A stretch of 64,000 nt of DNA from Candidatus Onthoplasma sp. (GTDB lineage Bacteria > Bacillota > Clostridia > Christensenellales > UBA1242), in assembly GCA_965646995.1 (NCBI GenBank), contig CBFGBH010000002.1:75953-139952 (forward strand), given 5' to 3'. Made by a program: the position numbers and the translations under genes. A model generated the notes under the pieces. That model was given only the letters and a program-made list of their open reading frames with translations. It had not been told where the DNA came from and searched no databases. Of this stretch, positions 9,043 through 17,454 are shown piece by piece. How positions within the stretch are numbered: position 1 is the stretch's first letter; each line of letters begins with the position of its first letter.

Positions 9043-9702
9043 TTATGAATTTTTTGATTGAGCTGCAACTTCTGCTGCAAAATCATCATTTCTCTTCTCA
9101 AGACCTTCACCCATAACCATAAGCGTAAATCTTCTAATAGTCAACTTCTCGCCAATCTTGGCAGTCAACTCAGCAAGCACATCTTTAACCTTTTTCTTAC
9201 CATCTGGGTCTTTGATATAAACTTGTTCCATAAGGACAACTTCTTCATAATACTTATTGATTTTACCATCGACAATTCTATCAACCATTGCTTCAGGTTT
9301 ACCCTCATTAAGTAATTGAGTGCGATATATTGCTTTCTCTGCCTCTAATTTATCAGCTGGAACTTCATCAATATTTACGCATAATGGTTTATTAGCTACT
9401 ACTTGCATTGCGATGTTGTGCAAAAACTCTTTAAATTCAGGATTTTTAGCAACGAAATCTGTCTCGCAGTTACCTTCAACAAGAGCTGCCTGACTACCGC
9501 CCATATGTATATAACATTCGATCAAGCCTTCTGCCGCGATTCTACCCTGTTTCTTAGCAGCCTTAGCGATGCCTTTCTCACGAAGAATTTCAATAGCTTT
9601 GTCTACATTACCATTAGCTTCTACTAAAGCTTTTTTGCAGTCCATCATACCTGCACCGGTCATGTCTCTAAGATTACCTACATCTTTTGCTGTAATTTCC
9701 AT
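9043..9702 (-). CDS. tsf: Elongation factor Ts (short 219-aa form)
   Basis: N-terminal UBA-like motif [16 protein letters not shown]. Follows rpsB. Confidence 0.9.
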   Translation of the reverse strand: MEITAKDVGNLRDMTGAGMMDCKKALVEANGNVDKAIEILREKGIAKAAKKQGRIAAEGLIECYIHMGGSQAALVEGNCETDFVAKNPEFKEFLHNIAMQVVANKPLCVNIDEVPADKLEAEKAIYRTQLLNEGKPEAMVDRIVDGKINKYYEEVVLMEQVYIKDPDGKKKVKDVLAELTAKIGEKLTIRRFTLMVMGEGLEKRNDDFAAEVAAQSKNS

Positions 9703-9715
9703 ATTATTTCCCCTT

Positions 9716-10543
9716 TTATTTTTCTTCTACTTTTTTCTCTCTTCTAACTGGACGTTTAGTTTCAGTTGACTTATCTTCTTCTTTCTCTTTAACGATATCG
9801 CCACTTACGACGGTCTCCATAGAGATTTCTTCATCTTTAGCGTTTAAGTCGTGTAAAATAACTCCGCCCTTTGCCTCTAAAATAGCGTCTGTCAAAGCAC
9901 TTAGAATTAATTTAACACTACCGATAGCATCATCATTAGCTGGGATACATACATCAACATCGTCTGGGTCACTATTAGTATCTACAATACCTACTGTAGG
10001 GATACCAAGTCTCTTAGCTTCTTTCACTGCGATATGCTCGGTATGTGGGTCTACTAAGATAATTAAACCTGGTAGAGAGGTCATATCTTTGATACCTAAT
10101 AAGTTAGTAGCTAGTTTATCACGCTCTGCTTTTAACTTAATAACTTCTTTCTTAGGAAGAAGGTCAAAGTCTCCAAGTGTCTCCATATTGTTGAGTTTAT
10201 TCATTCTATCAATTCTCTTTCTGATAGTAGTGAAGTTAGTGAGTGTACCACCCAACCAACGAGAGTTGATATAGAACATACCTGAACGCTCAGCTTCCTG
10301 CTTAACAGTCTCGACTGCCTGTTTCTTAGTACCGATGAACAATACACTTGCTCCAGCGAGTACTTTCTCTTTGACGAATACATACGCTTCATCAATCTTT
10401 TTAGAAGTATCTTCTAGATTAAGAATGTGAATATCATTCCTAGCTGTGAAGATGTACTTCTTCATCTTAGGATTCCATTTCCTAGTAGGATGACCGAAAT
10501 GACAACCGGCCTCCAATAATTGTTTCATTGAAATAACTGACAT
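9716..10543 (-). CDS. rpsB: 30S ribosomal protein S2
   Basis: [20 protein letters not shown]. Has an acidic/basic C-terminal tail. RBS AGGAGG. Confidence 0.95.
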   Translation of the reverse strand: MSVISMKQLLEAGCHFGHPTRKWNPKMKKYIFTARNDIHILNLEDTSKKIDEAYVFVKEKVLAGASVLFIGTKKQAVETVKQEAERSGMFYINSRWLGGTLTNFTTIRKRIDRMNKLNNMETLGDFDLLPKKEVIKLKAERDKLATNLLGIKDMTSLPGLIILVDPHTEHIAVKEAKRLGIPTVGIVDTNSDPDDVDVCIPANDDAIGSVKLILSALTDAILEAKGGVILHDLNAKDEEISMETVVSGDIVKEKEEDKSTETKRPVRREKKVEEK

Positions 10544-10647
10544 AAATTTTCCTCCTGTTTGTCTACTTCCCTATCATTCATCTTGCTCTATAACCATATG
10601 GCAACAGACGAGCAATCGTGATAGGTGCTTTTTCATTGAACTAGTTA
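10544..10647 (-). promoter_or_regulatory. Structured ~100-nt rpsB 5' leader
   Basis: Nested pairings CCUAUCA/UGAUAGG and UUGCUC/GAGCAA enclose a CCAUAUGG hairpin. Loop CUGUU is complementary to AACAG, which abuts the SD. Confidence 0.4.
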
Positions 10648-10676
10648 ATAATATCAAAAAAGAACGCAAAAGTCAA
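10648..10676 (-). promoter_or_regulatory. rpsB promoter
   Basis: -35 TTGACT (10676..10671), 17-nt spacer, -10 TATTAT (10653..10648). Confidence 0.65.
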
Positions 10677-10727
10677 CTATTATTCTTAAATTTACATTTA
10701 AAACTTCAAACTTTGCGTTCTTTAAAT

Positions 10728-11081
10728 TTACTTCTTATCTTTATCGTCGTCTTCGGTAATGAGTTTTTGATATATCTCGAGTACTTTATCTATAATAGTC
10801 TGGTCATTCACTACATCTAGAGTAGATGCTTTTTCGTCTAGTTCGAACAAAACTCCCTCGCCCTCTTCTACTCCTTGCATAGCAGTAACGGGTATCAAAA
10901 TAGCATATAGTTTATCAGTATCTTCGAGAGGGATTAGTGCAACTTGCTCAAATTCGATAGGATTATTATCCACATCAAATAGTACGACATTCTCGTCGTT
11001 CTCTTCGTCTAATATTTGTTTAATAGGGTCTTTAGCTTTCACTTTCTTTGGTTTTTTGATTTCATCTCTTAAATCTTTCAT
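10728..11081 (-). CDS. DUF1292 family protein (YrzB-like)
   Basis: 117 aa, acidic. The pattern VVLFDVDNNPIEFEQVALIPLED...YAILIPV is typical of DUF1292. Follows ruvX as in Bacillus (yrrK-yrzB). Confidence 0.75.
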   Translation of the reverse strand: MKDLRDEIKKPKKVKAKDPIKQILDEENDENVVLFDVDNNPIEFEQVALIPLEDTDKLYAILIPVTAMQGVEEGEGVLFELDEKASTLDVVNDQTIIDKVLEIYQKLITEDDDKDKK

Positions 11082-11093
11082 ATAATACTCCTT

Positions 11094-11501
11094 TTAAAAT
11101 TTATCAAGATAATCTTGCAGTATGATAGACGCTGCGACGGCATCTAATTTTTCTTTTCGTTTTTTCCAATCTTTTTCACGCTGTTTTAGAAAATCTTCTG
11201 CCATGACAGATGATAATCTCTCATCGACATATTTGACAGCAATTTTAGTACGAGCGGATAATTTCTCTATAAATTCGCGTGTAGTAATTGCTATCTCTTG
11301 CTCTTCGCCTTGCATATTTAGCGGAAGTCCGCATATGATTTCGTCTACTTTCTGGCTATTTATTAGATTAGTCAAATATTCTAAATCAACGCTTTCTTCC
11401 TTCCTATGATATGTCATGAAGGGAGAAGCTAAGAACTTCGTTTCATCACTTAAGGCAATGCCAATACGAGCTTTACCAAAATCTATACCCATTGCTCTCA
11501 T
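11094..11501 (-). CDS. ruvX: Putative pre-16S rRNA nuclease / Holliday junction resolvase-like YqgF
   Basis: MRAMGIDFGKARIGIALSD N-terminus is typical of YqgF. 135 aa. Confidence 0.9.
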   Translation of the reverse strand: MRAMGIDFGKARIGIALSDETKFLASPFMTYHRKEESVDLEYLTNLINSQKVDEIICGLPLNMQGEEQEIAITTREFIEKLSARTKIAVKYVDERLSSVMAEDFLKQREKDWKKRKEKLDAVAASIILQDYLDKF

Positions 11502-11507
11502 ATATAT

Positions 11508-11536
11508 ATTTTATCATATTTTAAATAAAAAACAAA
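11508..11536 (-). promoter_or_regulatory. Promoter positioned for a leaderless ruvX transcript
   Basis: TTGTTT/TTTGTT -35, 16-17 nt spacer, TGA-TAAAAT (11513..11508), 6 nt (ATATAT), then ATG at 11501. No SD. Confidence 0.55.
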
Positions 11537-11551
11537 CCAAATAAGGCTTGT
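11524..11551 (-). terminator. Terminator after the sigma-like gene
   Basis: Stem ACAAGCC / GGUUUGU (one G-U pair), 6-nt loop, U-run. Confidence 0.6.
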
Positions 11552-11559
11552 TTTTAAGA

Positions 11560-12540
11560 TTATAACCTAGAATGTTGATATAGTTCTAAATAGGTATCAA
11601 AGCCATACTCATCTGTATTTTTATTTATAACACTATTAACAACATCTGTAGGTAAATTTAGAATTTTCGATACTTGCGCAATTTTCTCATTTCTATTACC
11701 TCTGCAAGTAAAGTATAGTCCCCAAACATAATTTTCTCTATAACTATCATGACTGATTTCGTTTTTAAAAGAAGCAAGTAAATTTCTTCTAAGTGGTTGT
11801 CGTAACTTTCGTATTGCTCCAAGCAATATTTGACGTATACGCTCTACTGATAAATTCAATATTTCTCCTACTTCTCTAAGTGTCAACTCGTCGCTATCAT
11901 TAAATCCGAAATGCAACTCCACTACTCTTCTTTCCTGTTCGTTGAGCGTAAGAAACATATTATGCATAGTCTTAGATAGTTCAGATCTCTCTAAATTGTA
12001 TTCCATCATATCAAAACTATCAGAAGGCTCTTCCTCGCTTAGTGAATACAAATGTACTTTCTTTAATAAAAATTCATTTTTATCGTCATTTTCTAGAGTC
12101 GCATTTCTATAATACGCTTTATTAACTAGTTTTGATTTAAATATTATGCCTTTCTCAGATGCTAACATAGAGTCTAATTTTTTAACAAATTGTTTAAATG
12201 TTAAATGTAGAGTAGAGTTGTAAGTCTCATAATTTAAGTACCATTCGCCTTTTTTAAATTTTTCATTAGTTCGTTCATATATACTCAAACATAAAGACGA
12301 CATAGCATCTTCAAATGTAGTAATTGGATAATTTAGTTTAACATAAACTCTGGCTAAATGATTAAGTATAGTTAGATTTTTATTATATAAATCTTTTACA
12401 GCTTCGCTATTCTTTACTCCAAGAGATAGCTCTTCATTGATTTTCTGATGAATATTATAGTATTCTTTACTGCTTAAATGTGTCATCTGTGGATAAGATT
12501 TCTTTACAATTTTTAAAAGTTTATCTAAAGTTGTTTGCAT
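11560..12540 (-). CDS. Divergent sigma-70 family factor with ~75-aa C-terminal extension
   Basis: Clear region 4 (LNEQERRVVELHFGF...LTLREVGEILNLSVERIRQILLGAIRKLR). Weak region 2 (LARVYVKLNYP..FEDAMSSLCLSIYE). Has its own promoter, RBS and terminator. Confidence 0.7.
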   Translation of the reverse strand: MQTTLDKLLKIVKKSYPQMTHLSSKEYYNIHQKINEELSLGVKNSEAVKDLYNKNLTILNHLARVYVKLNYPITTFEDAMSSLCLSIYERTNEKFKKGEWYLNYETYNSTLHLTFKQFVKKLDSMLASEKGIIFKSKLVNKAYYRNATLENDDKNEFLLKKVHLYSLSEEEPSDSFDMMEYNLERSELSKTMHNMFLTLNEQERRVVELHFGFNDSDELTLREVGEILNLSVERIRQILLGAIRKLRQPLRRNLLASFKNEISHDSYRENYVWGLYFTCRGNRNEKIAQVSKILNLPTDVVNSVINKNTDEYGFDTYLELYQHSRL

Positions 12541-12556
12541 ATAGTCCTCTTGGTTT

Positions 12557-12585
12557 ATTTTACATAATTAGTCTAAACTTGTCAA
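12557..12585 (-). promoter_or_regulatory. Promoter of the sigma-like gene
   Basis: -35 TTGACA (12585..12580), 17-nt spacer, -10 TAAAAT (12562..12557). Confidence 0.7.
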
Positions 12586-12643
12586 TACTCATTTTTATTA
12601 TTTTTTAAATATTTTCATAATTAACAATCTATAATAAAAAAAA

Positions 12644-12668
12644 TGAAAAAACACGGTGTAATCCGTGT
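12644..12668 (-). terminator. Terminator after the YtxH-like gene
   Basis: Stem ACACGG / CCGUGU, 6-nt loop, U6 run. Confidence 0.75.
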
Positions 12669-12710
12669 CTATTTTCTTAGAATAAAGACAAAAGCTTATA
12701 ATACTTTGTC

Positions 12711-12884
12711 TTATTTACTTTTTGCTTTTTTGACATTAGTCTGGACTTCATCTTTGATATCTTCGATGATTTCTTTACCCTTCTCTACGCCTTTCTCTAC
12801 TGTATCTGAGAGAGGTTTATTGGTTTTAACAACAATTGCACCAACTACAAAGCCAATACCCATACCTATTAATAATTCCTTCAT
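12711..12884 (-). CDS. Small YtxH-like membrane-anchored protein (57 aa)
   Basis: Trimmed to MKELLIGMGIGFVVGAIVV (RBS GGAGGG). One N-terminal TM helix followed by a charged helix. Confidence 0.55.
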   Translation of the reverse strand: MKELLIGMGIGFVVGAIVVKTNKPLSDTVEKGVEKGKEIIEDIKDEVQTNVKKAKSK

Positions 12885-12945
12885 ATTTTGCCCTCCTAAT
12901 GTATTTTCTACTAAAAATGACAAAATATGTACGAATATAAATAAA

Positions 12946-13314
12946 CTATTTGCTAGATTTTTCCAATTTCTCTTTGTAATCAGCTACAGCCATTTTCATA
13001 CAATCAATGCAGAAAGTTATATCAATGTCATTATTCTCCCCTATTACTCTTTTCACACTGACCGGGTCTATAAGTAACATAGCAGACATTTTACCAGTTA
13101 CCATCTCTGTAAGAGTAGAACATACTGCTATAATATACGGGTTAGCCTGAGCACGAAACTTACATTGAGTAATAATACCACTCTCTACTCTTAGACTAAA
13201 TTCAACGAAAGCTGTCTCGTCTGCATTCATATTTGTCGCTATACCATCTGGCTTTGATATTCTACCTGCATTCTTAGGATTAGCAAATATATTTAAAGTT
13301 TCCTTACTATACAT
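12946..13314 (-). CDS. IscU/NifU-N-like protein with degenerate cluster-ligand positions
   Basis: Aligns by eye to IscU (ANPKNAG..., FRAQ..., ...AVADYKEK). The first and second ligand Cys positions read E and N. Translationally coupled to nifS (stop/start overlap at 13314). Confidence 0.7.
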   Translation of the reverse strand: MYSKETLNIFANPKNAGRISKPDGIATNMNADETAFVEFSLRVESGIITQCKFRAQANPYIIAVCSTLTEMVTGKMSAMLLIDPVSVKRVIGENNDIDITFCIDCMKMAVADYKEKLEKSSK

Positions 13315-14501
13315 TATTTATCCCCCTTTCTTTTGCGTGTTTTTGCACTATAAGTAGAAGAATACTCTCGTAAATCTTTAACAGCATCTTTTATGATAGC
13401 GATTGCTCTATCTAGTTCTTCATATGAATTATTTTTCCCTATACTAAATCTGACAGTGGTACGAGCGTCATCGTTATTAAGTCCAATGGCTTTCATTACA
13501 TGAGAAATAGATAAACTATTGCTAGTGCATGCACTACCTGTAGAAACAGCTACACCATTCATGTCTAATTTAGCGAGTAGACTCTCGCCATCAACTCCAA
13601 TAAAGTTGACAGAAATAATCTGCGGTAATTTCTGTCGCACATTTGCATTAATTACAATATTTTCTACTTCGGAAGTGAGCTTAGTGATAAAATATTCGCT
13701 CAATGCTCGCACTTTGTGATTATTACTACGCATATCTCGACTAGCGATTTGAGACGCTTTGGCAAAACCTACAATACCTGCTGTATTGCAAGTACCACCT
13801 CGTCTAGCTCGTTCTTGATTACCGCCAAATATAATAGGCTCAATTTTAACTTGGTTGGATAAATATAAGGCTCCCACACCTTTTGGTCCATAAATTTTAT
13901 GAGCAGATATAGACATAGCATCTATTCCGATATCTTCTACATCTATTGTCATATTACCATATAATTGAACTGCATCGGTATGGAATACGATATTCTTTTC
14001 GTGCGCTGTTTGAGCGATTGCTTTTAAATTCTGAATAGTACCTAATTCATTATTAGCGGCAATAACAGAAATTAATATAGTGTTTGATTTAATAGCACCT
14101 AATAAATCAGCAAATTTGATGTAACCATTGCTATCTACATCTAGGTAGGTCACTTTAAATCCATTTCTCTCAAGGTAACGACAAGCCTCAAGGGTCGACT
14201 GGTGTTCGATTTTGCTAGTGATGATATGATTGCCACGGCTACGATTAGCATTTGCAATACCTATGATTGCCCATGAATTAGCTTCACTACCGCTAGACGT
14301 AAAATAAATCTCGTTTGATTTAGCATTAATAGATTCGGCGATAATGTCTCTACTTTCATCTATCAAATTAGAAACTTCTCTACCGAAAGAATGCACCGAT
14401 GATGAATTACCAAAAGTATCTGTGAATACAGGCATCATGGCATTTAATACTTCTGCACCCAACTGTGTAGTGGACGCATTGTCTAAATAAATTCTCTCCA
14501 T
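13314..14501 (-). CDS. nifS: Cysteine desulfurase (NifS/IscS/YrvO class I)
   Basis: PLP-lysine motif SISAHKIYGPKG and catalytic loop STGSACTSN. Start trimmed to MERIYLDNAST (GGAGAG RBS). ATG at 14516 is an alternative. The ORF's first ATG lies inside the promoter. Confidence 0.9.
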   Translation of the reverse strand: MERIYLDNASTTQLGAEVLNAMMPVFTDTFGNSSSVHSFGREVSNLIDESRDIIAESINAKSNEIYFTSSGSEANSWAIIGIANANRSRGNHIITSKIEHQSTLEACRYLERNGFKVTYLDVDSNGYIKFADLLGAIKSNTILISVIAANNELGTIQNLKAIAQTAHEKNIVFHTDAVQLYGNMTIDVEDIGIDAMSISAHKIYGPKGVGALYLSNQVKIEPIIFGGNQERARRGGTCNTAGIVGFAKASQIASRDMRSNNHKVRALSEYFITKLTSEVENIVINANVRQKLPQIISVNFIGVDGESLLAKLDMNGVAVSTGSACTSNSLSISHVMKAIGLNNDDARTTVRFSIGKNNSYEELDRAIAIIKDAVKDLREYSSTYSAKTRKRKGDK

Positions 14502-14520
14502 ATATATACTCTCCATAATT

Positions 14521-14549
14521 ATTTTAACATATATTTTATAATTTGTCAA
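14521..14549 (-). promoter_or_regulatory. nifS operon promoter
   Basis: -35 TTGACA (14549..14544), 17-nt spacer, TGT-TAAAAT (14526..14521). Confidence 0.7.
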
Positions 14550-14573
14550 TAACTAAATAAAATGTAAATTGCA

Positions 14574-14598
14574 AGAAAAAAGAAGACTATCATCTTCT
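14574..14598 (-). terminator. Terminator after trxA
   Basis: Stem AGAAGA / UCUUCU, 6-nt loop, U6 run. Confidence 0.7.
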
Positions 14599-14602
14599 AA
14601 AT

Positions 14603-14920
14603 CTATTTAACCTTTTCACATCGAGATACAAAATCAACTACTTCATCAAACGAATTCAGCCCCACTAGACTATCAATCTTCTTCCCAGAACGAAATGCAA
14701 CTAATGTAGGGACACTAAATATTCTATATCTTTTAGCAATATCTTCGCTCTCATCTATATCTAGATTGACAAATTTAACAGTGTCTAATTGCTCTGCTAC
14801 ACGTTCTAAAATAGGCTTCAACATACGGCATGGCATACACCAACTAGCCGAAAAATCTACAATAGTCAAACAATCTCCATTGATGATTGAATCAAAATCA
14901 TTACTATTAACTTGCTCCAT
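14603..14920 (-). CDS. trxA: Thioredoxin
   Basis: 105 aa. Active site WCMPC, cis-Pro region SVPTL. Confidence 0.9.
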   Translation of the reverse strand: MEQVNSNDFDSIINGDCLTIVDFSASWCMPCRMLKPILERVAEQLDTVKFVNLDIDESEDIAKRYRIFSVPTLVAFRSGKKIDSLVGLNSFDEVVDFVSRCEKVK

Positions 14921-14927
14921 ATTCCAC

Positions 14928-15635
14928 CTAACCTATAATTTTATTTATTATTCTGGCACACATTACCGTAGCCATATTCACTGGATAGTATACCACGCTA
15001 CCGATAGTTTTGCAATCAAATTTCATTGCTTTTTGTTTAGTATAGCACACATCTAGTTTTTTTATTTTATTTTCGTTACAATATTTTCTTAAAATTTTAG
15101 CTATAGGGTCATAAGATGTTTTGCTAATATCTGAAATCTCAAAATATGGTATATCACTATATCTATTACCTGCCCCCATTGCAGACAATATATAAATATC
15201 TTCGTTACTCGCTAATTTTATCAATAATTTTTTAGCATTAATATCATCAATGCAATCTAATATAATGTCATATTTAGTAAAATCTATTGAATGTATAGAT
15301 ATTTCGTCTAACTTAAAATTGTGTTTTATTAAATCGAGCTCGGAGTTGATATTTTTTAGTTGCAATTCTAATTCGTCAACTTTATATTTGCCTACATTGT
15401 TCTGATATGCAATTAACTGCCTATTTATGTTAGTTTCGTCAATGGTATCAAAGTCTACTATTGCTAAATAAGTAATTCCAGACCGAACCAACATGTGAGC
15501 CAGAGCACCGCCTACACCACCCACGCCAAAAAGAATAATACGAGCAGATTTCAGTCTATTTATCTGCTCGTCACTTATCATCATAGCGAATCTATCTAAA
15601 AATTTTTTTCTACAAGACATACTTTTTAAAATCAT
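14928..15635 (-). CDS. tcdA: tRNA threonylcarbamoyladenosine dehydratase (ThiF/E1-like, TcdA/YrvM type)
   Basis: FGVGGVGG nucleotide loop, ETNINRQ, DCIDD, SAMGAGN, DPIAKILR all match TcdA by eye. The exact start is uncertain: several ATGs, no clear RBS, and it overlaps the hslU end. Confidence 0.8.
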   Translation of the reverse strand: MILKSMSCRKKFLDRFAMMISDEQINRLKSARIILFGVGGVGGALAHMLVRSGITYLAIVDFDTIDETNINRQLIAYQNNVGKYKVDELELQLKNINSELDLIKHNFKLDEISIHSIDFTKYDIILDCIDDINAKKLLIKLASNEDIYILSAMGAGNRYSDIPYFEISDISKTSYDPIAKILRKYCNENKIKKLDVCYTKQKAMKFDCKTIGSVVYYPVNMATVMCARIINKIIG

Positions 15636-16917
15636 GAGTATGAATTAAATCGTGCATGGTATTTAGGACAAAGGATTTATCTACCTTAACTTTAACTAGC
15701 GGATTATTGTCGCTGGCATTGAATGATATATCTTCTAGTAACTGCTCTAATATTGATTGTAGACGTCTAGCACCTATATTTTCATTCGTCTCATTTTCAT
15801 CTGCGGCTAATTCAGCTATCGCATCAATAGCATCAGAAGTAAACTCTAACTCTACATTATCTACCTTTAGCAATTCTTGATACTGGGTGGTAATCGCGTT
15901 CTGTGGAATGGTAAGAATTTTCTTGAAATCTTCCTTAGTAAGACTATCTAATTCCACTTGTATAGGAAAACGACCTTGAAGCTCTGGTATTAAGTCACTA
16001 ACACTCGCAATATGGAAAGCTCCAGCCGCGATAAATAGTATATAATCCGTATGAATTACTCCGTATTTAGTATTAACTACACTGCCTTCTACTATCGGCA
16101 GAATATCTCTTTGAACACCTTCACGAGAGACATCTTGACCATTATTTTTCTTGGCTGCTATTTTATCTATCTCGTCTATGAAGATAATGCCCTCTTGTTC
16201 GGCACGAAATATTGCTTCTTTATTAAGAGAATCAGGATCGATAAGTTTGTCACACTCTTCTTCAAGAAGCAATTCTCTAGCACGCTCTACAGTCATCTTC
16301 TTCATTTTTCTAGGAGTTTTGATTATTCCACCCATAATTTGACCGAGATTAATTTCCGCACCTACTCCGTCTAGTAGATTCATCTGTTTCGGTTGCTCTT
16401 TTACATCAATATCTATAGAATCTTTGTCATATTTACCTGACTCATATTCTGCATAAAAATTTGTTCTAAAAGTCTCTGTGTCCAATTCTTCTGGCTTATT
16501 TGCTTTCTTTAATGGATATAAAATATCTGTAATTTTCTTATCTACTAATGCGCTAGCTTTGTCTTTGATTTTATCTGAATGCTCTTTTCTAACTATTCGA
16601 ACTGATGCTTCCACTAGGTCTCTAATCATGCTCTCTACATCTCGACCTACATAACCTACCTCTGTATACTTGGTAGCTTCTACTTTAACAAATGGAGCAT
16701 TAACTAATTTTGCTAATCGCCTAGCAATCTCTGTCTTACCTACACCTGTAGGGCCTTTTAATATGATATTTTTAGGCGTAATCTCTTCAGATAATTCTTT
16801 AGGCAGTTTGCTTCTCCTATATCTATTTCTAAGAGCTATCGCTACTGCACGCTTAGCTTTGGCTTGACCTACTATAAAAGAATCTAGACTCTTCTCAATC
16901 TCTTTACATGTCATCAT
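15610..16917 (-). CDS. hslU: ATP-dependent protease ATPase subunit HslU
   Basis: GPTGVGKTEIARRLA Walker A, FIDEIDKI Walker B. Follows hslV. Confidence 0.95.
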   Translation of the reverse strand: MMTCKEIEKSLDSFIVGQAKAKRAVAIALRNRYRRSKLPKELSEEITPKNIILKGPTGVGKTEIARRLAKLVNAPFVKVEATKYTEVGYVGRDVESMIRDLVEASVRIVRKEHSDKIKDKASALVDKKITDILYPLKKANKPEELDTETFRTNFYAEYESGKYDKDSIDIDVKEQPKQMNLLDGVGAEINLGQIMGGIIKTPRKMKKMTVERARELLLEEECDKLIDPDSLNKEAIFRAEQEGIIFIDEIDKIAAKKNNGQDVSREGVQRDILPIVEGSVVNTKYGVIHTDYILFIAAGAFHIASVSDLIPELQGRFPIQVELDSLTKEDFKKILTIPQNAITTQYQELLKVDNVELEFTSDAIDAIAELAADENETNENIGARRLQSILEQLLEDISFNASDNNPLVKVKVDKSFVLNTMHDLIHTHDFKKYVL

Positions 16918-16918
16918 A

Positions 16919-17452
16919 TTAAACTTCCTCCACTACAAAGTTCTTATTGGTAAATATACAAATATCAGATGCAATATCCATTGCCTTTAATGCAATATCA
17001 CGAGCTGACAAGTCGGTATTCTGAATAAGTGCTTTAGCAGCAGAAAGTGCGTAATTGCCACCGCTACCAATGGCACATACACCATCGTCAGGCTCAATAA
17101 CATCGCCTACTCCACTAAGGATGAAAAGATTATTTTTATCAGCAATTATCATTAATGCTTCGGCGTTGGCATGTCCACCTGTACGGATGTTCTTGACATA
17201 TTCCACTGCACTGCGCATTAAACTACCGCTATATTTATTTAGCAATTTCTCGAATTCTTCACACATTGCGAATGCATCTGCTGTGCCACCTGCAAAGCCT
17301 ACTATAACCTTATCATCGAATAGACGACGAACCTTTCGTGCGTGACCCTTGAATATCACTTCTTTACCCATAGTAACTTGTCCATCACCGGCAATCACTG
17401 TTTTACCATCCTTTTTGACAGCTACTATTGTAGTACCTCTAAATTGTTCCAT
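16919..17452 (-). CDS. hslV: ATP-dependent protease subunit HslV
   Basis: GTTIVAVKKDG N-terminal Thr nucleophile region. 177 aa. Confidence 0.95.
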   Translation of the reverse strand: MEQFRGTTIVAVKKDGKTVIAGDGQVTMGKEVIFKGHARKVRRLFDDKVIVGFAGGTADAFAMCEEFEKLLNKYSGSLMRSAVEYVKNIRTGGHANAEALMIIADKNNLFILSGVGDVIEPDDGVCAIGSGGNYALSAAKALIQNTDLSARDIALKAMDIASDICIFTNKNFVVEEV

Positions 17453-17454
17453 TT

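Noticed and set aside
12643-13077. 144-aa plus-strand ORF spanning the YtxH-like and IscU-like genes
   Set aside because: It is antisense to two genes that have RBSs and recognisable products. Its start lies inside the minus-strand terminator hairpin.
14928-15635. Leaderless geometry for tcdA (TAATTC 6 nt upstream of ATG 15635)
   Set aside because: The -10 candidate is poor, there is no TGn, and it lies inside the hslU coding sequence. The true tcdA start is uncertain, so I did not count it among the leaderless class.
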